Positions 8,320-18,841 of a stretch of 64,000 bases of DNA are shown piece after piece. This DNA is from Chloroflexota bacterium (GTDB taxonomy: Bacteria > Chloroflexota > UBA6077 > FW602-bin22 > JAMCYS01). The stretch spans positions 39,035-103,034 of the forward strand of contig JAMCYS010000129.1 of assembly GCA_023473795.1 (NCBI GenBank), written 5' to 3'. Within the stretch, counting starts at the first letter, position 1. The number at the start of each line of letters is the position of its first letter. Position numbers and translations under genes: made by a program. Under the pieces are notes generated by a model that was given only the letters and a program-made list of their open reading frames with translations, ran no database searches and had not been told where the DNA came from.

Positions 8320-9288
8320 CTACCGGCCCATCAACTTGGCGATGACGCCGTTGATGATGCCGATGGAATTGGGGTGCCGCAGCACGACGATGTCGCTGCC
8401 TGCCTCCAGCATGCTGGTGGCGGTCAGCATCTCCCAGGAGAGGCCGCGCTTGGCCAGGTCGCCCCAGGCCTCGGGCACGCCCTCGGCAGCCTTGGCTTCC
8501 TTCTGGCGCCAGGCCTCCTCGCCGACCGTGTTGATCAGCGGCAGCTGGGTCATGCGGTCGCCCTGCAGGGCGCCAAAGCGCAGGCGCTCCATCACGCTAT
8601 AGGTGTACTCGATGCCGTAGCCGAGGCCGCCGGTAGTGGGGTCCATCAGGATGCGGTCGAGCGGCAGCCCCATGTCGCTCATCAGGATATTGAGTTGCTT
8701 CTGCATGTTGACGTCGATGGGGGCGCGACCTATTGCCACGTGACCGTTGCCCAGGCAGGCGGCGACGATTGTGCGGTAGTTGCTCTGTTCGCAGAGGCCT
8801 AGCGCCAGCCGCTCACCGGCGGACGCCTCCGCCACCGCCACGAGCACGTCGTTGTCCTTCTCCGCCTGGCCGGGGCCATATACCAGCAGGGGGAGGTCTA
8901 CAGCGGCCAGCACGCGCTTAACCGTGGCCGCGGCCTCGGCCGGCGAGGCGTTCTGGCCATCAGGGTCGGTGCTGCGCAGCTTGAGGGCGATGAGCTTGGC
9001 GCCCAGAGCGGCCGCTTGCTGCGCCCAGACGACGGGGTCCTTGACCGCGTTGCCCCAGGCCTCCAGCAAGACCGGGGACCAATCCGCCGGCTCGACGTCC
9101 CAGACTTCGGCCGCTACCACGGGCTGGTTGGGGATGCCACCCTCGAAAGTGAGGAAGGGCAAGGTCGTCTCACCACCAACGGTGACCGTGCCGGCTCGGG
9201 AGCCGCCCTCTTCTTTGGTGGCACCGAGCTTGACCTCGATGACCTTCCCGGCCCACTTCTCGGTCGGCACTTCGACTGTCACTGGCAT
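8320..9288 (-). CDS. acsD: Corrinoid Fe-S protein small (delta) subunit
   Basis: Start re-chosen at MPVTVEVP (9288). VTVGGETTLPF, MDPTTGGLGYGIEYTYSVMERLR, GSDIVVLRHP. Confidence 0.95.
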   Translation of the reverse strand: MPVTVEVPTEKWAGKVIEVKLGATKEEGGSRAGTVTVGGETTLPFLTFEGGIPNQPVVAAEVWDVEPADWSPVLLEAWGNAVKDPVVWAQQAAALGAKLIALKLRSTDPDGQNASPAEAAATVKRVLAAVDLPLLVYGPGQAEKDNDVLVAVAEASAGERLALGLCEQSNYRTIVAACLGNGHVAIGRAPIDVNMQKQLNILMSDMGLPLDRILMDPTTGGLGYGIEYTYSVMERLRFGALQGDRMTQLPLINTVGEEAWRQKEAKAAEGVPEAWGDLAKRGLSWEMLTATSMLEAGSDIVVLRHPNSIGIINGVIAKLMGR

Positions 9289-9438
9289 GCACGTCTCTCC
9301 TTCAATTGGACTTAAACGCACACCTAGGGAGGCGTTTCTCTGTTTGCCACTGGTAAGGGCCGGCACGGCAGTCACCACCGCGTCGGCCCTTGCCGCCAAT
9401 CCGTGAAACTGGCCAGCGTTTGCCGGCCGCGACCATCC

Positions 9439-11697
9439 TTAGAACATCGGGTCCATAGTCAGTGCTGGATGCCCACGCTCCTCCAGGACGGCCAACAGCT
9501 CCTCGACGCTCGTGGCGACCGTCTCGTCGGCGATCTTGTCCATCAAATCGGGCTCGCCGATGGACGAGAACATCGTCTGCAGATCTTCGCGCATCGAGTC
9601 CTTGAGCACCGAGGACATCCAGACGATCCGCCTGTGACCGCCGTCCGCCGGAATGAACTTCTTGCTGGTAAGGTAATACTTGCCGACGCCCATCATACCC
9701 GGCGTCTGTAGGCCGCCGCCGGCCAGTCCGGCGAGAGTGGAGAACGTCATGCCAGCCGGCGACATGCTCGGGTCCTCGCGCGAGAGCACCATCACGCCGT
9801 TCGCCTCAGGGATAAGCATTATTATGCACTCGAAGCAGCCACAAGAGGTCATCGGCGCATCCATCATCGTGTAGAGCGTGAACCGGCTGACGCTCTGGTT
9901 GGAATGCCGGTAGACGAAGTCGTTGACGTTGTCCCACTCGCCCCTCACCGGATCGACGCACATGCCCTTGGGAACCGGCTGGTTGGGCCCGGTTGGGTTG
10001 ATCTGGTGCGAGGCTTTGCAGTCAAGCCAGTTGTAGGCGCCGCAGAGGCCGACGCGCTCCGGATTGATTATGCAGACGTGGTTGGGAGCGAACGATTGGC
10101 AGAGGGTGCAGGAGTAGTAGGTATCCACCGACTCGTCGGTGAGACCTGCCACCCGCTCGTTGCGGTCGCGGTAGGCGGCCTGCGCCAGCGCCATGGTCTT
10201 CTCGACCTCGGCCTTGCCGGTGTACAGGGTGACCTGCACCTTGTCGACGATGGCCGAGAACTCGGAGAGCATGCGGGCGATGACGATTTCGCCCAGGTGG
10301 CGGATGTCGAAGCCCTTCGCGACCGCGGTCTTGGAGATGCGAATCCAGGTTATGTCGCGCTGGCCGATGTGCTGTACGCCCTCCGCGCCATTGACGAAGT
10401 GGTGAATCTGGCGCTCCAGCACCGGCTCGAAGTCCTTCTGCATCTTGCGGCCGGCCACGTCCACGACGATGCCCAGCGGCAAGGCTCCGCCGTCGGCGAC
10501 GCCGTCAAGGCCCGGCCCCACGACCGTGATCTTGCCCGGCTCCACCTGATCCGGGTCGAGCATACGCAGATACTCGAAGCAGGAGCTGGCACGGCCGCCG
10601 AACTCGATGCGCATCGCCTCGCGCCGCACCCGCTCGCCCTCGAACGCCGAGCCGTAGGCCACAGGTATCGGCACCTTGCTGATCTTGACCTTGACCCCGC
10701 GCACCTCGATGCACTTCTGCACCAGCTTCTCGGCGCGCTCCAGGTCGTTGGCCCCCGGAATCTCGTCGAACGGCATGCTCACGACGTGCTCGTACTGGGT
10801 GACGCCGGTCGGCAGAATGTTGGGGATCAGCGTGTCCGCGATAGTCGGGAAACCGTAGCTGATGGCGCCGGCAGCGGTGGCATATTTAAGGTCATCAACC
10901 TCGCCCAGGGCTAGCACAAAGGCGAATACGCGGTACTTATTGTAGAGCAGGAGGTCCCGCGCCTGGCCGGCCTTCATGCCGCCGAAGGTCAGCGCGGAGC
11001 GCATGGCGAAGCCCAGGGCGTAAATGGCGGAGATCGTGTCCCTACCGAAGGGGACGGTGTAGGTGTCGTAGCCCAGCTGCACGCCCTCTTCCAGCAGCTG
11101 GTCGATGATGCTGCGACCGTTCACGTTGCCGCTGAGGAAGACGAGGATGCCTCGCTGCTGCAGCTCGCGCACGATCTTGACGGCCACTTCGTTGGATTTG
11201 GCGGCGCCGACGATGGCGGCGAAGCCGGGCATGCGGCCGTCCACCAGCTGAATACCCCAGGAGCGCAGCTGCACGTCGTCGATGGGTCCGTTGAGGGTAT
11301 AGAGTCCACTGTCATCGGCGCCTTCGACGTCCGTTCCCGCCTGTATCTTCTGAGGCTCTTCGCCACGCACGAAGCGAATGCCTTCGATCGCCTCTTCGGC
11401 CAAGAGCGTGGCCACGCCACTGTCCAGCGTCTCGCCCAAGTAGGGGAGCCAGAGCCGCTGCTGGGGCACCGGATGGAGCAGCTCTTTGGCGTGCTTGATC
11501 ACCGGGCGAAGGTCGGCCAGTCTCTCCACCCGGTGCCCCATGAAGCCGAGGGTAACCGGGAGGTAATATGCCGTGTTAGGGAAAGCAACGGGCTTATCAG
11601 GACCGTATGCCGCGATAGCTGCTTCCAGCTCCTGGCTGGCTTGAGCTACGACGCCGTTAGCTCCCCTAATTGCGGCCGCCGCAATTAGCCTGGACAT
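9439..11697 (-). CDS. acsB: Acetyl-CoA synthase (bacterial-type, with N-terminal domain)
   Basis: FPNTAYYLP, A-cluster ligands YSCTLCQSFAPNHVC...GLCGA and TSCGCFEC, SPAGMTFSTLAG, GGGLQTPG. Confidence 0.97.
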   Translation of the reverse strand: MSRLIAAAAIRGANGVVAQASQELEAAIAAYGPDKPVAFPNTAYYLPVTLGFMGHRVERLADLRPVIKHAKELLHPVPQQRLWLPYLGETLDSGVATLLAEEAIEGIRFVRGEEPQKIQAGTDVEGADDSGLYTLNGPIDDVQLRSWGIQLVDGRMPGFAAIVGAAKSNEVAVKIVRELQQRGILVFLSGNVNGRSIIDQLLEEGVQLGYDTYTVPFGRDTISAIYALGFAMRSALTFGGMKAGQARDLLLYNKYRVFAFVLALGEVDDLKYATAAGAISYGFPTIADTLIPNILPTGVTQYEHVVSMPFDEIPGANDLERAEKLVQKCIEVRGVKVKISKVPIPVAYGSAFEGERVRREAMRIEFGGRASSCFEYLRMLDPDQVEPGKITVVGPGLDGVADGGALPLGIVVDVAGRKMQKDFEPVLERQIHHFVNGAEGVQHIGQRDITWIRISKTAVAKGFDIRHLGEIVIARMLSEFSAIVDKVQVTLYTGKAEVEKTMALAQAAYRDRNERVAGLTDESVDTYYSCTLCQSFAPNHVCIINPERVGLCGAYNWLDCKASHQINPTGPNQPVPKGMCVDPVRGEWDNVNDFVYRHSNQSVSRFTLYTMMDAPMTSCGCFECIIMLIPEANGVMVLSREDPSMSPAGMTFSTLAGLAGGGLQTPGMMGVGKYYLTSKKFIPADGGHRRIVWMSSVLKDSMREDLQTMFSSIGEPDLMDKIADETVATSVEELLAVLEERGHPALTMDPMF

Positions 11698-11802
11698 CTG
11701 CCACTATCCTCCTTGCTTCGCGACCCTTGTCCGCGCCGGTCTAGGCGGCACGTGGGACCACGATGGCTAGGCTTGAGCCACCAAGCCCGCGTGGCCGCCG
11801 GC

Positions 11803-11831
11803 ATTATAGCACGGGGGTTGGGGGAAGTAAA
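11803..11831 (-). promoter_or_regulatory. Sigma70-type promoter of the acs operon
   Basis: Minus strand TTTACT-N17-TATAAT with an extended -10 TG, about 100 nt upstream of the acsB start. Confidence 0.65.
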
Positions 11832-11842
11832 CGCAGTTACAG

Positions 11843-12490
11843 ATGTCCTGCCTGTCCGGCTCGCTGCTGGCCGCCTTGACAAGGCCCGGCGGCCGATGGC
11901 ATACTGCCGCAGGAGGCAGGACGATCGACGACCAAGCTCTGCCCGGGGAACTGGGCAACGACATAGCCGCCGTGCTCATCGACCGCGAGCAGCTTCAGGA
12001 ACGGGTTCGTGAGCTCGGCGCCGCCATCTCTCGCGACTATGCCGGACGAGCGCCCCTCCTGGTCGGCGTTTTGCGTGGTACCGTCGTCTTCCTGGCCGAC
12101 CTCATGCGCGCCATCGACCTCCCGGTCGCCGTGGACCTCATCGCCATCTCCAGCTACGGCCCCTCGACGCACGACTCGGGCGTCGTCCGCTTCACCAAGG
12201 ACCTGGATGAGTCGGTGGAGGGGCGCGACGTGATCCTGGTCGAGGACATAGTGGACACCGGGCTGACGCTGCGCTTCATTCTGCGCAACCTGCGCGGCCG
12301 CAAGCCGGCCAGCCTGGCCATCTGCGCCTTGCTGGACAAGCGCGTGCGCCGACTGGTGGACGTGGACCTGCAATACGTCGGCTTCGAGATCCCCGATGCC
12401 TTCGTCGTCGGCTACGGGCTCGACTACCGCCAGACCTACCGCAACCTGCCTTTCATCTGCGTCCTCAAGCCCGAGGTGTACGGGGGCTAA
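11843..12490 (+). CDS. hpt: Hypoxanthine phosphoribosyltransferase (true start uncertain, probably 11921-11960)
   Basis: VLIDREQLQERVRELGAAISRDY, VGVLRG, ISSYG, PRPP-binding VILVEDIVDTGLT, FVVGYGLDY. Confidence 0.95.
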   Translation: MSCLSGSLLAALTRPGGRWHTAAGGRTIDDQALPGELGNDIAAVLIDREQLQERVRELGAAISRDYAGRAPLLVGVLRGTVVFLADLMRAIDLPVAVDLIAISSYGPSTHDSGVVRFTKDLDESVEGRDVILVEDIVDTGLTLRFILRNLRGRKPASLAICALLDKRVRRLVDVDLQYVGFEIPDAFVVGYGLDYRQTYRNLPFICVLKPEVYGG

Positions 12491-12520
12491 CGAGCGCCCT
12501 GCGGACCAGCTGTAGAGCCG

Positions 12521-12632
12521 GAGCGGACTGAAGTCCGCACTACGAACAAAGACGGGCCATGCTTGTAGTGCGGACTTCAGTCCGCTCTCTCGTACCCGCC
12601 CTACTACGAACGGCAGACGCTTGCAGTAGGGC
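12521..12632. repeat. GTAG-type REP doublet (REPIN-like) between convergent hpt and nucleotidase
   Basis: Perfect 23-bp inverted repeat gagcggactgaagtccgcactac (12521-12543) / gtagtgcggacttcagtccgctc (12565-12587), each arm internally palindromic. A second degenerate gccctac...gtagggc pair lies at 12598-12632. Confidence 0.8.
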
Positions 12633-12655
12633 GCCTGCGCGCCCCCGTTGATATC

Positions 12656-14119
12656 CTACTGGTAGACCAACCTGCCCTCGACCCCTCGCCGCACGTTCTG
12701 GTTGTTGCGGAAGTACTCCTCCAACGCGTCCTGCATGCGAGTGCAGACCACCTTGGACGGCCCCAGGCGGACGAGCTCGTCGGGATTGATGGCGAAGAAC
12801 TTCTGACTACTGCGGGCGTGGTAGCCGGGCATGGCGACGGTGTAAGTCTTACCGTCCGCTACCGGCTGGCCCGCCACGCTCAGCGATTGCAGGCCGCGGA
12901 CGCCCTCGTCGTACACGGCCCGAACCCCGGCGTTTACCTGATAGCACTCGCCCTCGCCCGTGCGGTTCTCCGGCCGCATCCAGTGGTTGAACATTTGCTT
13001 CAGATCGGCGCCAGTCACGTGGAAGCGGGTGATCGTGTCCTGGAAGGGGAAGCAGCCGACGAAGTTGCCCAGGGTCACAATCGGCCCCAGCTCCGCCGAG
13101 CGGATGGCGCCGCTGCCCATCAGCATGACGTCCGACCCGGCGCCCGCCGCCAGGGCGTCGGCCACTAGATTGCCGAGCGGTGTCTCCACTTCGCGGCGCG
13201 GGTGCGCCAGCTTCTCGGCGAACTTGCAGAGGATGGTGTTGTACTTGCGATCGACGACGTCTTTGAAGGAATCGACGTAGCGCTGCAGCCCCGTGTCGGC
13301 TGCCACCAGGTCGCTGTCGATGGGAATGAGCCGCCAATTCCACTCCACGATCCTGTTGGTGTCGTCGTCCACCAGAACGTCGAAGCGGCCGATCTGATCG
13401 GTGCCGACGCCGGCCTGGGCGACCAGCACTCCGTTGATCAGCGCCGGCTTCCGTAGAATGGTGTGCGAGTGGCCGCCGATGATCACGTCGACGCCCCAGG
13501 CGGGGTCCAGCATCGCCGCCAGCTCGCAGTCCGAATCGTAGCCGATGTGGGTCAGCAGCACCGTCAAGTCGATATCGTCGTTCTTGTAGGCGTTGGTGAT
13601 CCGGCCGACCTCCTGCGCCGCCTCTTGCAAGGTAATGAAACTGCCGATGCTCTCGTCGTTGCGCAGGGAGTCGATCACCTTGTCGGTGATGATACCGATG
13701 AACATTATGTCGAGCCCGGCCTTGTTCAAGATGACGTACGGGTGCATTAGCCGCTTGTGGTGATCCTTGATGTACAGGTTGGCGTTGACGATGGGGAAGT
13801 TGGCCAGCTTCTCCAACCACAACAGATGCGGCAGGCCGTAGTCAAACTCGTGGTTGCCCAGGGTGGCGACGTCCGGCGCCAGGTAGTTCATGATTTCGAT
13901 AGTCGAGACGCCCCTGTACTCCGCGTCGATGATCGAACCCTGCACCATATCGCCGGCAATGGCGAAGAGGACGTTCTCCTCCTCTTGGCGCACCTTATTC
14001 AAGTAGCCCGAGAGAAGAGCCAAGCCGCCGATCATCTTGCTCTCCCCGGAGCGCATCTCCGCCAGGAAATCGCCGTGCATGTCGTTCGAGTGGAGGATGG
14101 TGAAGCGCTTTGTGTTCAT
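12656..14119 (-). CDS. 5'-nucleotidase / UDP-sugar hydrolase family metallophosphoesterase, no signal peptide
   Basis: HSNDMHG, AGDMVQGS, GNHEFDYG, LTHIG, GGHSH, plus a C-terminal 5'-nucleotidase domain (ETPLGNLVADA). Confidence 0.9.
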   Translation of the reverse strand: MNTKRFTILHSNDMHGDFLAEMRSGESKMIGGLALLSGYLNKVRQEEENVLFAIAGDMVQGSIIDAEYRGVSTIEIMNYLAPDVATLGNHEFDYGLPHLLWLEKLANFPIVNANLYIKDHHKRLMHPYVILNKAGLDIMFIGIITDKVIDSLRNDESIGSFITLQEAAQEVGRITNAYKNDDIDLTVLLTHIGYDSDCELAAMLDPAWGVDVIIGGHSHTILRKPALINGVLVAQAGVGTDQIGRFDVLVDDDTNRIVEWNWRLIPIDSDLVAADTGLQRYVDSFKDVVDRKYNTILCKFAEKLAHPRREVETPLGNLVADALAAGAGSDVMLMGSGAIRSAELGPIVTLGNFVGCFPFQDTITRFHVTGADLKQMFNHWMRPENRTGEGECYQVNAGVRAVYDEGVRGLQSLSVAGQPVADGKTYTVAMPGYHARSSQKFFAINPDELVRLGPSKVVCTRMQDALEEYFRNNQNVRRGVEGRLVYQ

Positions 14120-14206
14120 GTTCGCCCCTAAGCCCCTTCCTTGACATTCTCAGCCGTCCGCGCGAGCCTCGCGCTAACCTCCCCAGTTGCGAGGCGCCAA
14201 AGCACC

Positions 14207-14234
14207 AGTATATGGCGGCCGCCCGGCCTGTCAA
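14207..14234 (-). promoter_or_regulatory. Sigma70-type promoter for the nucleotidase gene
   Basis: Minus strand TTGACA-N16-TATACT. Confidence 0.6.
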
Positions 14235-14401
14235 GGGCCGGCTGAGGCAGCAATAGGGCCTATGCGTTCTACCAAGATCAAGCCGGGGGTGCCGGCCACC
14301 CCGGGTGCCTATGTGGCAAGTACGCACAAGCTCTGAAGGCAGCACTAGCCTGTGCCAGCTCTCCTCCGCCCGGTCAACGACAGTAGGCGTCCTGAGGGGC
14401 G

Positions 14402-15976
14402 TCAGTCGACGGTCGCGCCGTCGAAGCTGAGCAAGCCCAGGGGAGTGAACTCCAGACCGTGCACGCGCGGGCTGACCAGGCGGTAGTCGACGTCGTTGTA
14501 GAGCGGCACGATGGCCGCGTCTGCCAAGGCGATGCTCTCGGCTTCCCGGTAGGTCGCCCAGCGGCGCTGCTGGTCGGTCTCCCCTCTGGCCTGTTCCAGC
14601 AGCGAATCCACCCGCGGGTTGCTGTAGCCACTGTGGTTGCCGGCGCTGCCGCTGTGCAGCAGCAGGTCGAGGAAGTTCTCGGGGTCGGGGTAGTCGGCCA
14701 CCCAGCCGGTGACGAACATCTGATATTCGTGCCGAGCCAAACCCTGGAAGAAACCCTGCTGGACCAGCTGCACCTCTAGCGGCACGGCCAGCTCGCCCCA
14801 GTACACCTCGGCGAAGCGGTCGCCCAGCCCGCCCGTGACGGTGATGGGCGGCAGGCCCGGCGGCCCGCCGTAGGGGGAGGCGGCCAGTTCACGGCGCGCC
14901 GCCTCCGGGTCGTAGGGTAGGCTCTTGCTATCCAGATAATAGCCCGGCATGCCGGGCGGCAAGATGCCGGTGGCCAGGCGTACCGCCCCTTTGAGAGTGA
15001 CCCGCACCAGCTTCTCGCGGTCCAGAGCTTCGGCAAAGGCCCGCCGCACCGACCGGTCGCGGAAAGGTTCGCTCGTGGCATCAAGGCCGAGGTAGAACAG
15101 CGACATGCTAGGGCTAACCACCAGGTCGTCATACAGCTGGCTGCGAGGGTCGAGGGCGCGCTCCAGGTCGCCCAGACCAACCTCGATCACGTCCAGCTGC
15201 TTGGTCTCGTACATCTGCATCGCCGTGCGCTGGCCCACGTAGAACCGTATCTCCCGCGGGGCGGCGGCGGTGCCAACGGCGTACTGGCTGCGCTGCAGCA
15301 CCAACCAGTCCTGGTCGCGGCTTATCAGCCTGTAGGGGCCACTGCCGTTGGGATGCTCCGTCCAGTCTGAACCGGACTCCACGTTTGCCCTGTCCACCAC
15401 GGCGGCGGTAGGGTAGGTCAGCTTAGCCAGGAAGTAGACCTTGGGCGAATCGATGGTGATTGCGAGGGTGCGCTCGTCGCGCACGCGCACCCCGGCAATC
15501 TCGTCGGCTTTGCCGGCCAGTTTCTCGCCAACGCCGACGATGTCGCCCAGGTAGGTGGCGGCGGTGGGGGAGTGGAGCCGCGGGTCGGCAGCCCGCTCCA
15601 GACTGTACTTGACGTCGCTCGCGCTGATCGGCCGCCCGTCCTGGAACCTGGCGTCCTCGCGCAAGGTGAAGGTATAGGTGCGGCCGTCGGCGCTCACCTG
15701 CCACGAGGCAGCCAGCGCCGGTTCTACCGCCAGCTGCTGGTCGAGGCGCACCAGACCGCTGAACAGTTGCAGCATGATGCCGTGAGAGCGGGTGTCCTGC
15801 GCCAGGGCCGGGTCGAGCGTCTCCGGGTCATCCCAGCTGAGGCGCAGCACGCCAGCGGGAGTTGGCACGGTTGTTGGTCCAGGCGCAGAGGAAAGGCCCT
15901 GGCTCAGTGCCAGGGCCAACGTCAGCGCACAGACCGCGATCAGGGCAGCGACGAGAAGCCGGCCGGGCCGGAGCAC
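14402..15976 (-). CDS. Peptide/nickel ABC transporter substrate-binding protein (family 5, OppA/DppA-like)
   Basis: TLDPALAQD, LFSGLV, PALAASWQVSADGRTYTFTLR...FQDG, PNGSGPY, GWVADYPDPENFL. Start re-chosen at GTG 15976, just after the gcvPB stop. Confidence 0.88.
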   Translation of the reverse strand: MLRPGRLLVAALIAVCALTLALALSQGLSSAPGPTTVPTPAGVLRLSWDDPETLDPALAQDTRSHGIMLQLFSGLVRLDQQLAVEPALAASWQVSADGRTYTFTLREDARFQDGRPISASDVKYSLERAADPRLHSPTAATYLGDIVGVGEKLAGKADEIAGVRVRDERTLAITIDSPKVYFLAKLTYPTAAVVDRANVESGSDWTEHPNGSGPYRLISRDQDWLVLQRSQYAVGTAAAPREIRFYVGQRTAMQMYETKQLDVIEVGLGDLERALDPRSQLYDDLVVSPSMSLFYLGLDATSEPFRDRSVRRAFAEALDREKLVRVTLKGAVRLATGILPPGMPGYYLDSKSLPYDPEAARRELAASPYGGPPGLPPITVTGGLGDRFAEVYWGELAVPLEVQLVQQGFFQGLARHEYQMFVTGWVADYPDPENFLDLLLHSGSAGNHSGYSNPRVDSLLEQARGETDQQRRWATYREAESIALADAAIVPLYNDVDYRLVSPRVHGLEFTPLGLLSFDGATVD

Positions 15977-15980
15977 GCCG

Positions 15981-17459
15981 CTAACCCTGGTCCCGCAGGA
16001 CCGGATGGCGGGCGGCGCGGACCTCGTCGAGCCTGCCAACCGGACTGTTATGCGGCGCCTCGCGCACTACCTCCGGCTCGTCGACTGCCTCACGGGCAAT
16101 GCTCAGCATGGTGTCGGCAAAGGCGTCCAGAGTCGCCTTGCTCTCGGTTTCGGTGGGCTCGACCATCAGTGCCTCCTCAACAATCAGGGGGAAGTAGATG
16201 GTCGGCGGGTAGAAGCCGTAGTCGATGATGCGCTTGGCGATGTCGAGGGTGCGCACACCCTGGCTCTTCTGACGCCGGCCCGAGAGCACGAACTCGTGCA
16301 TGCAGCGGCGCGCGTAGGGCAGATCGTAGGCGCCCCGCAGCTGCGCCAGGAGGTAATTGGCGTTGAGCACGGCGTTCTCGCTAACGCTCCGCAAGCCCTC
16401 GGCGCCCAGGGAACGGATATACGTGTAGGCCCTCACGAGGATGCCGAAGTTGCCGTAGAAGGAGCGCACCCGACCAATGGACTGCGGCCGGTCGAAGTCG
16501 CGGTAGTAGGCAGCCTGACCGTCCGACGCATCGCGCCTAGCGATCAGCGGCGACGGCAGGTAGGGCGCCAGGGGGGCCTTGACCGCCACCGGCCCCGCGC
16601 CCGGGCCGCCGCCCCCGTGGGGAGTGGAAAACGTCTTGTGCAGGTTGAAGTGCATCACGTCGCAGCCCAGGTCGCCCGGCTTGGCGCGGCCCAGCATGGC
16701 GTTCATGTTGGCGCCATCGGCATAGACGAGCCCGCCTGCCTCGTGGACCAGACGAGCGATTTCGCAGATGTTCTCGTCGAAGAGGCCGAGGGTGTTCGGG
16801 ATCGTGATCATCAAGGCGGCGACCTCGCCATTGAGTTTGCCCCTTAGGTCGTCGAGGTCCACGCCGCCGCTGACGTCGGAGAGCACTGTCACCACCCGGT
16901 AGCCAACCATCGCGGCGCTGGCGGGGTTGGTGCCGTGGGCGGAGTCGGGCACCAGCACGATACGGCGGTGGTCCTCTTCCCGCTCGCGGTGGTAGGCGCG
17001 CACCATCAACATGCCGGTCAGCTCCCCCTGGGCGCCGGCCGAGGGCTGCAGCGTGCAAGCGTCCATGCCGCCAATCTCGCAGAGGTACCTCTGCAACTCG
17101 TACATCAGTTGCAAGGCACCCTGGCAGGCCGCGTCCGGCAGGTAGGGATGGATAGAAGCGAACCCTGCCCAGGAGGCAACCTCCTCGTTGACCTTGGGGT
17201 TGTACTTCATCGTGCAGGAACCGAGCGGGTAGAGTCCCAGGTCCACCGCGTAGTTGAGACGGGAGAGCCGCACGAAGTGGCGAGTGACCTCCGCCTCGGT
17301 GACCTCAGGCAACGGCAGGTCCTGGCGCAGAGCCACGCCGGGCAGCACCGCTGCCAGCTCCTTCTCCGGCACATCACAGGCGCCCACGGCTTGAGACGTT
17401 CTGCCCGGCCGGCTCAGCTCGAAGATGGTCGGCTCGACGACCCTTGCCTCTTCGCTCAT
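15981..17459 (-). CDS. gcvPB: Glycine dehydrogenase (decarboxylating) subunit 2
   Basis: Start [16 protein letters not shown] (17459). [34 protein letters not shown]-site [18 protein letters not shown]. Confidence 0.96.
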   Translation of the reverse strand: MSEEARVVEPTIFELSRPGRTSQAVGACDVPEKELAAVLPGVALRQDLPLPEVTEAEVTRHFVRLSRLNYAVDLGLYPLGSCTMKYNPKVNEEVASWAGFASIHPYLPDAACQGALQLMYELQRYLCEIGGMDACTLQPSAGAQGELTGMLMVRAYHREREEDHRRIVLVPDSAHGTNPASAAMVGYRVVTVLSDVSGGVDLDDLRGKLNGEVAALMITIPNTLGLFDENICEIARLVHEAGGLVYADGANMNAMLGRAKPGDLGCDVMHFNLHKTFSTPHGGGGPGAGPVAVKAPLAPYLPSPLIARRDASDGQAAYYRDFDRPQSIGRVRSFYGNFGILVRAYTYIRSLGAEGLRSVSENAVLNANYLLAQLRGAYDLPYARRCMHEFVLSGRRQKSQGVRTLDIAKRIIDYGFYPPTIYFPLIVEEALMVEPTETESKATLDAFADTMLSIAREAVDEPEVVREAPHNSPVGRLDEVRAARHPVLRDQG

Positions 17460-18805
17460 AGCGCCGCCTCCCTTGCCAGGGCCGCCACCAGGCGGTCGAT
17501 ATCGGCCCGCGTGTGCAGCTCGGTCACGCAGAGCAGCAGGCAGTCGGCTAGATCGGGATAGAAACGACTCAGGTCGAAGCCGCCGACGATGCCCGCGGCC
17601 AGCAAGGCCGCGTTGACCTCCCTCGCCGGACGGGGGCAACGCACCGCGAACTCCTTGAAAAAAGGAGCCGAGAAGGCGAGCGAGAAGCCGGGGAGCGCCG
17701 CGATGCGCTCGGCAGCGTAGTGGGCCTTTTGCAGACAGAGCTCGGCTACCCGCCGCATTCCGACCGGGCCCATATAGGACAGGTACACCGTCGCCGCCAG
17801 GGCCATCAGCGCCTGATTGGTGCAGACATTCGAAGTGGCCTTCTCGCGCCGGATGTGCTGCTCGCGGGCCTGCAAGGTGAGCACGTAGCCGCGCTGCCCC
17901 CGGTTGTCCACCGTCTCCCCCACCAGACGGCCGGGCATCTGCCGCAAATACTTCTCCCCGCAGGAGAAAAGGCCGAGGTAGGGGCCGCCGAAACTCACGG
18001 GAATGCCCAGCGGTTGGCCCTCGGCCACGGCCACGTCGGCGCCGTAGGCCCCCGGCGACTGGAGGATGCCCAGCGAGATGGGGTCATAGGCCACGACAAA
18101 TAGCGCGCCGACCCTCTGGGCGACCTCAGCCAGGGCAGCCACGTCCTCCAGGCAACCGAGGAAGTTGGGCTGCTGCACCACCACGCAAGCCGTCCTCTCG
18201 TCCATCACGTCACGCAGCCACTCGGTCGAGACCTTCCCCGCGTCACCCTGGCGCCCACCCTCTATGATCTCCAGTCCTAGCTCGCGAGCATACGTCCACA
18301 CCACCTGCCGGTACTCGGGGTGGAGAGTGCCGGCGAGCACCACCTTGTGCCGGCGGCTGGCCGAGAGGGCAAGCACCACCGCCTCTGCCGTTGCCCCGGC
18401 GCCGTCGTACAGGGAGGCGTTGGCCACGTCCATCTGGGCCAGGCGGCAGATGAGAGACTGGAATTCGAAGATGGACTGCAGCGTGCCCTGGCTGATCTCG
18501 GGCTGGTAAGGCGTGTAGGAAGTGTAGAACTCCGAGCGGCCGATCATCCGCGGCACGACGGCGGGAATGAAATGGTTGTAAGCGCCCGCCCCCAGAAAGG
18601 AGAGGCAGCGCTGGGGGTCGCCGTCCCGCAGCGCCATCTCGCTCAACGTCTGGCGGAGGTCGAGCTCGGAAAGGGGCCCCGGCAGCCGCAGCTCGGGGTC
18701 TCGCACAGCTGCCGGGATAGCGGCGAAAAGCTCGGCCGTCGAGTTGACGCCGACCACCCGCAACATCGCCTCGCGGTCGGCGTCAGTGTTGGGTACGTAG
18801 TTCAT
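17456..18805 (-). CDS. gcvPA: Glycine dehydrogenase (decarboxylating) subunit 1
   Basis: [60 protein letters not shown]. Confidence 0.96.
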   Translation of the reverse strand: MNYVPNTDADREAMLRVVGVNSTAELFAAIPAAVRDPELRLPGPLSELDLRQTLSEMALRDGDPQRCLSFLGAGAYNHFIPAVVPRMIGRSEFYTSYTPYQPEISQGTLQSIFEFQSLICRLAQMDVANASLYDGAGATAEAVVLALSASRRHKVVLAGTLHPEYRQVVWTYARELGLEIIEGGRQGDAGKVSTEWLRDVMDERTACVVVQQPNFLGCLEDVAALAEVAQRVGALFVVAYDPISLGILQSPGAYGADVAVAEGQPLGIPVSFGGPYLGLFSCGEKYLRQMPGRLVGETVDNRGQRGYVLTLQAREQHIRREKATSNVCTNQALMALAATVYLSYMGPVGMRRVAELCLQKAHYAAERIAALPGFSLAFSAPFFKEFAVRCPRPAREVNAALLAAGIVGGFDLSRFYPDLADCLLLCVTELHTRADIDRLVAALAREAAL

Positions 18806-18841
18806 CGCCTCGATCTCCTGCGCGAGTTGGGGCGGGCCAAC

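Noticed and set aside
11700-11800. acsB leader as a cobalamin riboswitch or tRNA
   Set aside because: Only a small hairpin. No B12-box/GGGAA core and no tRNA T-loop or cloverleaf.
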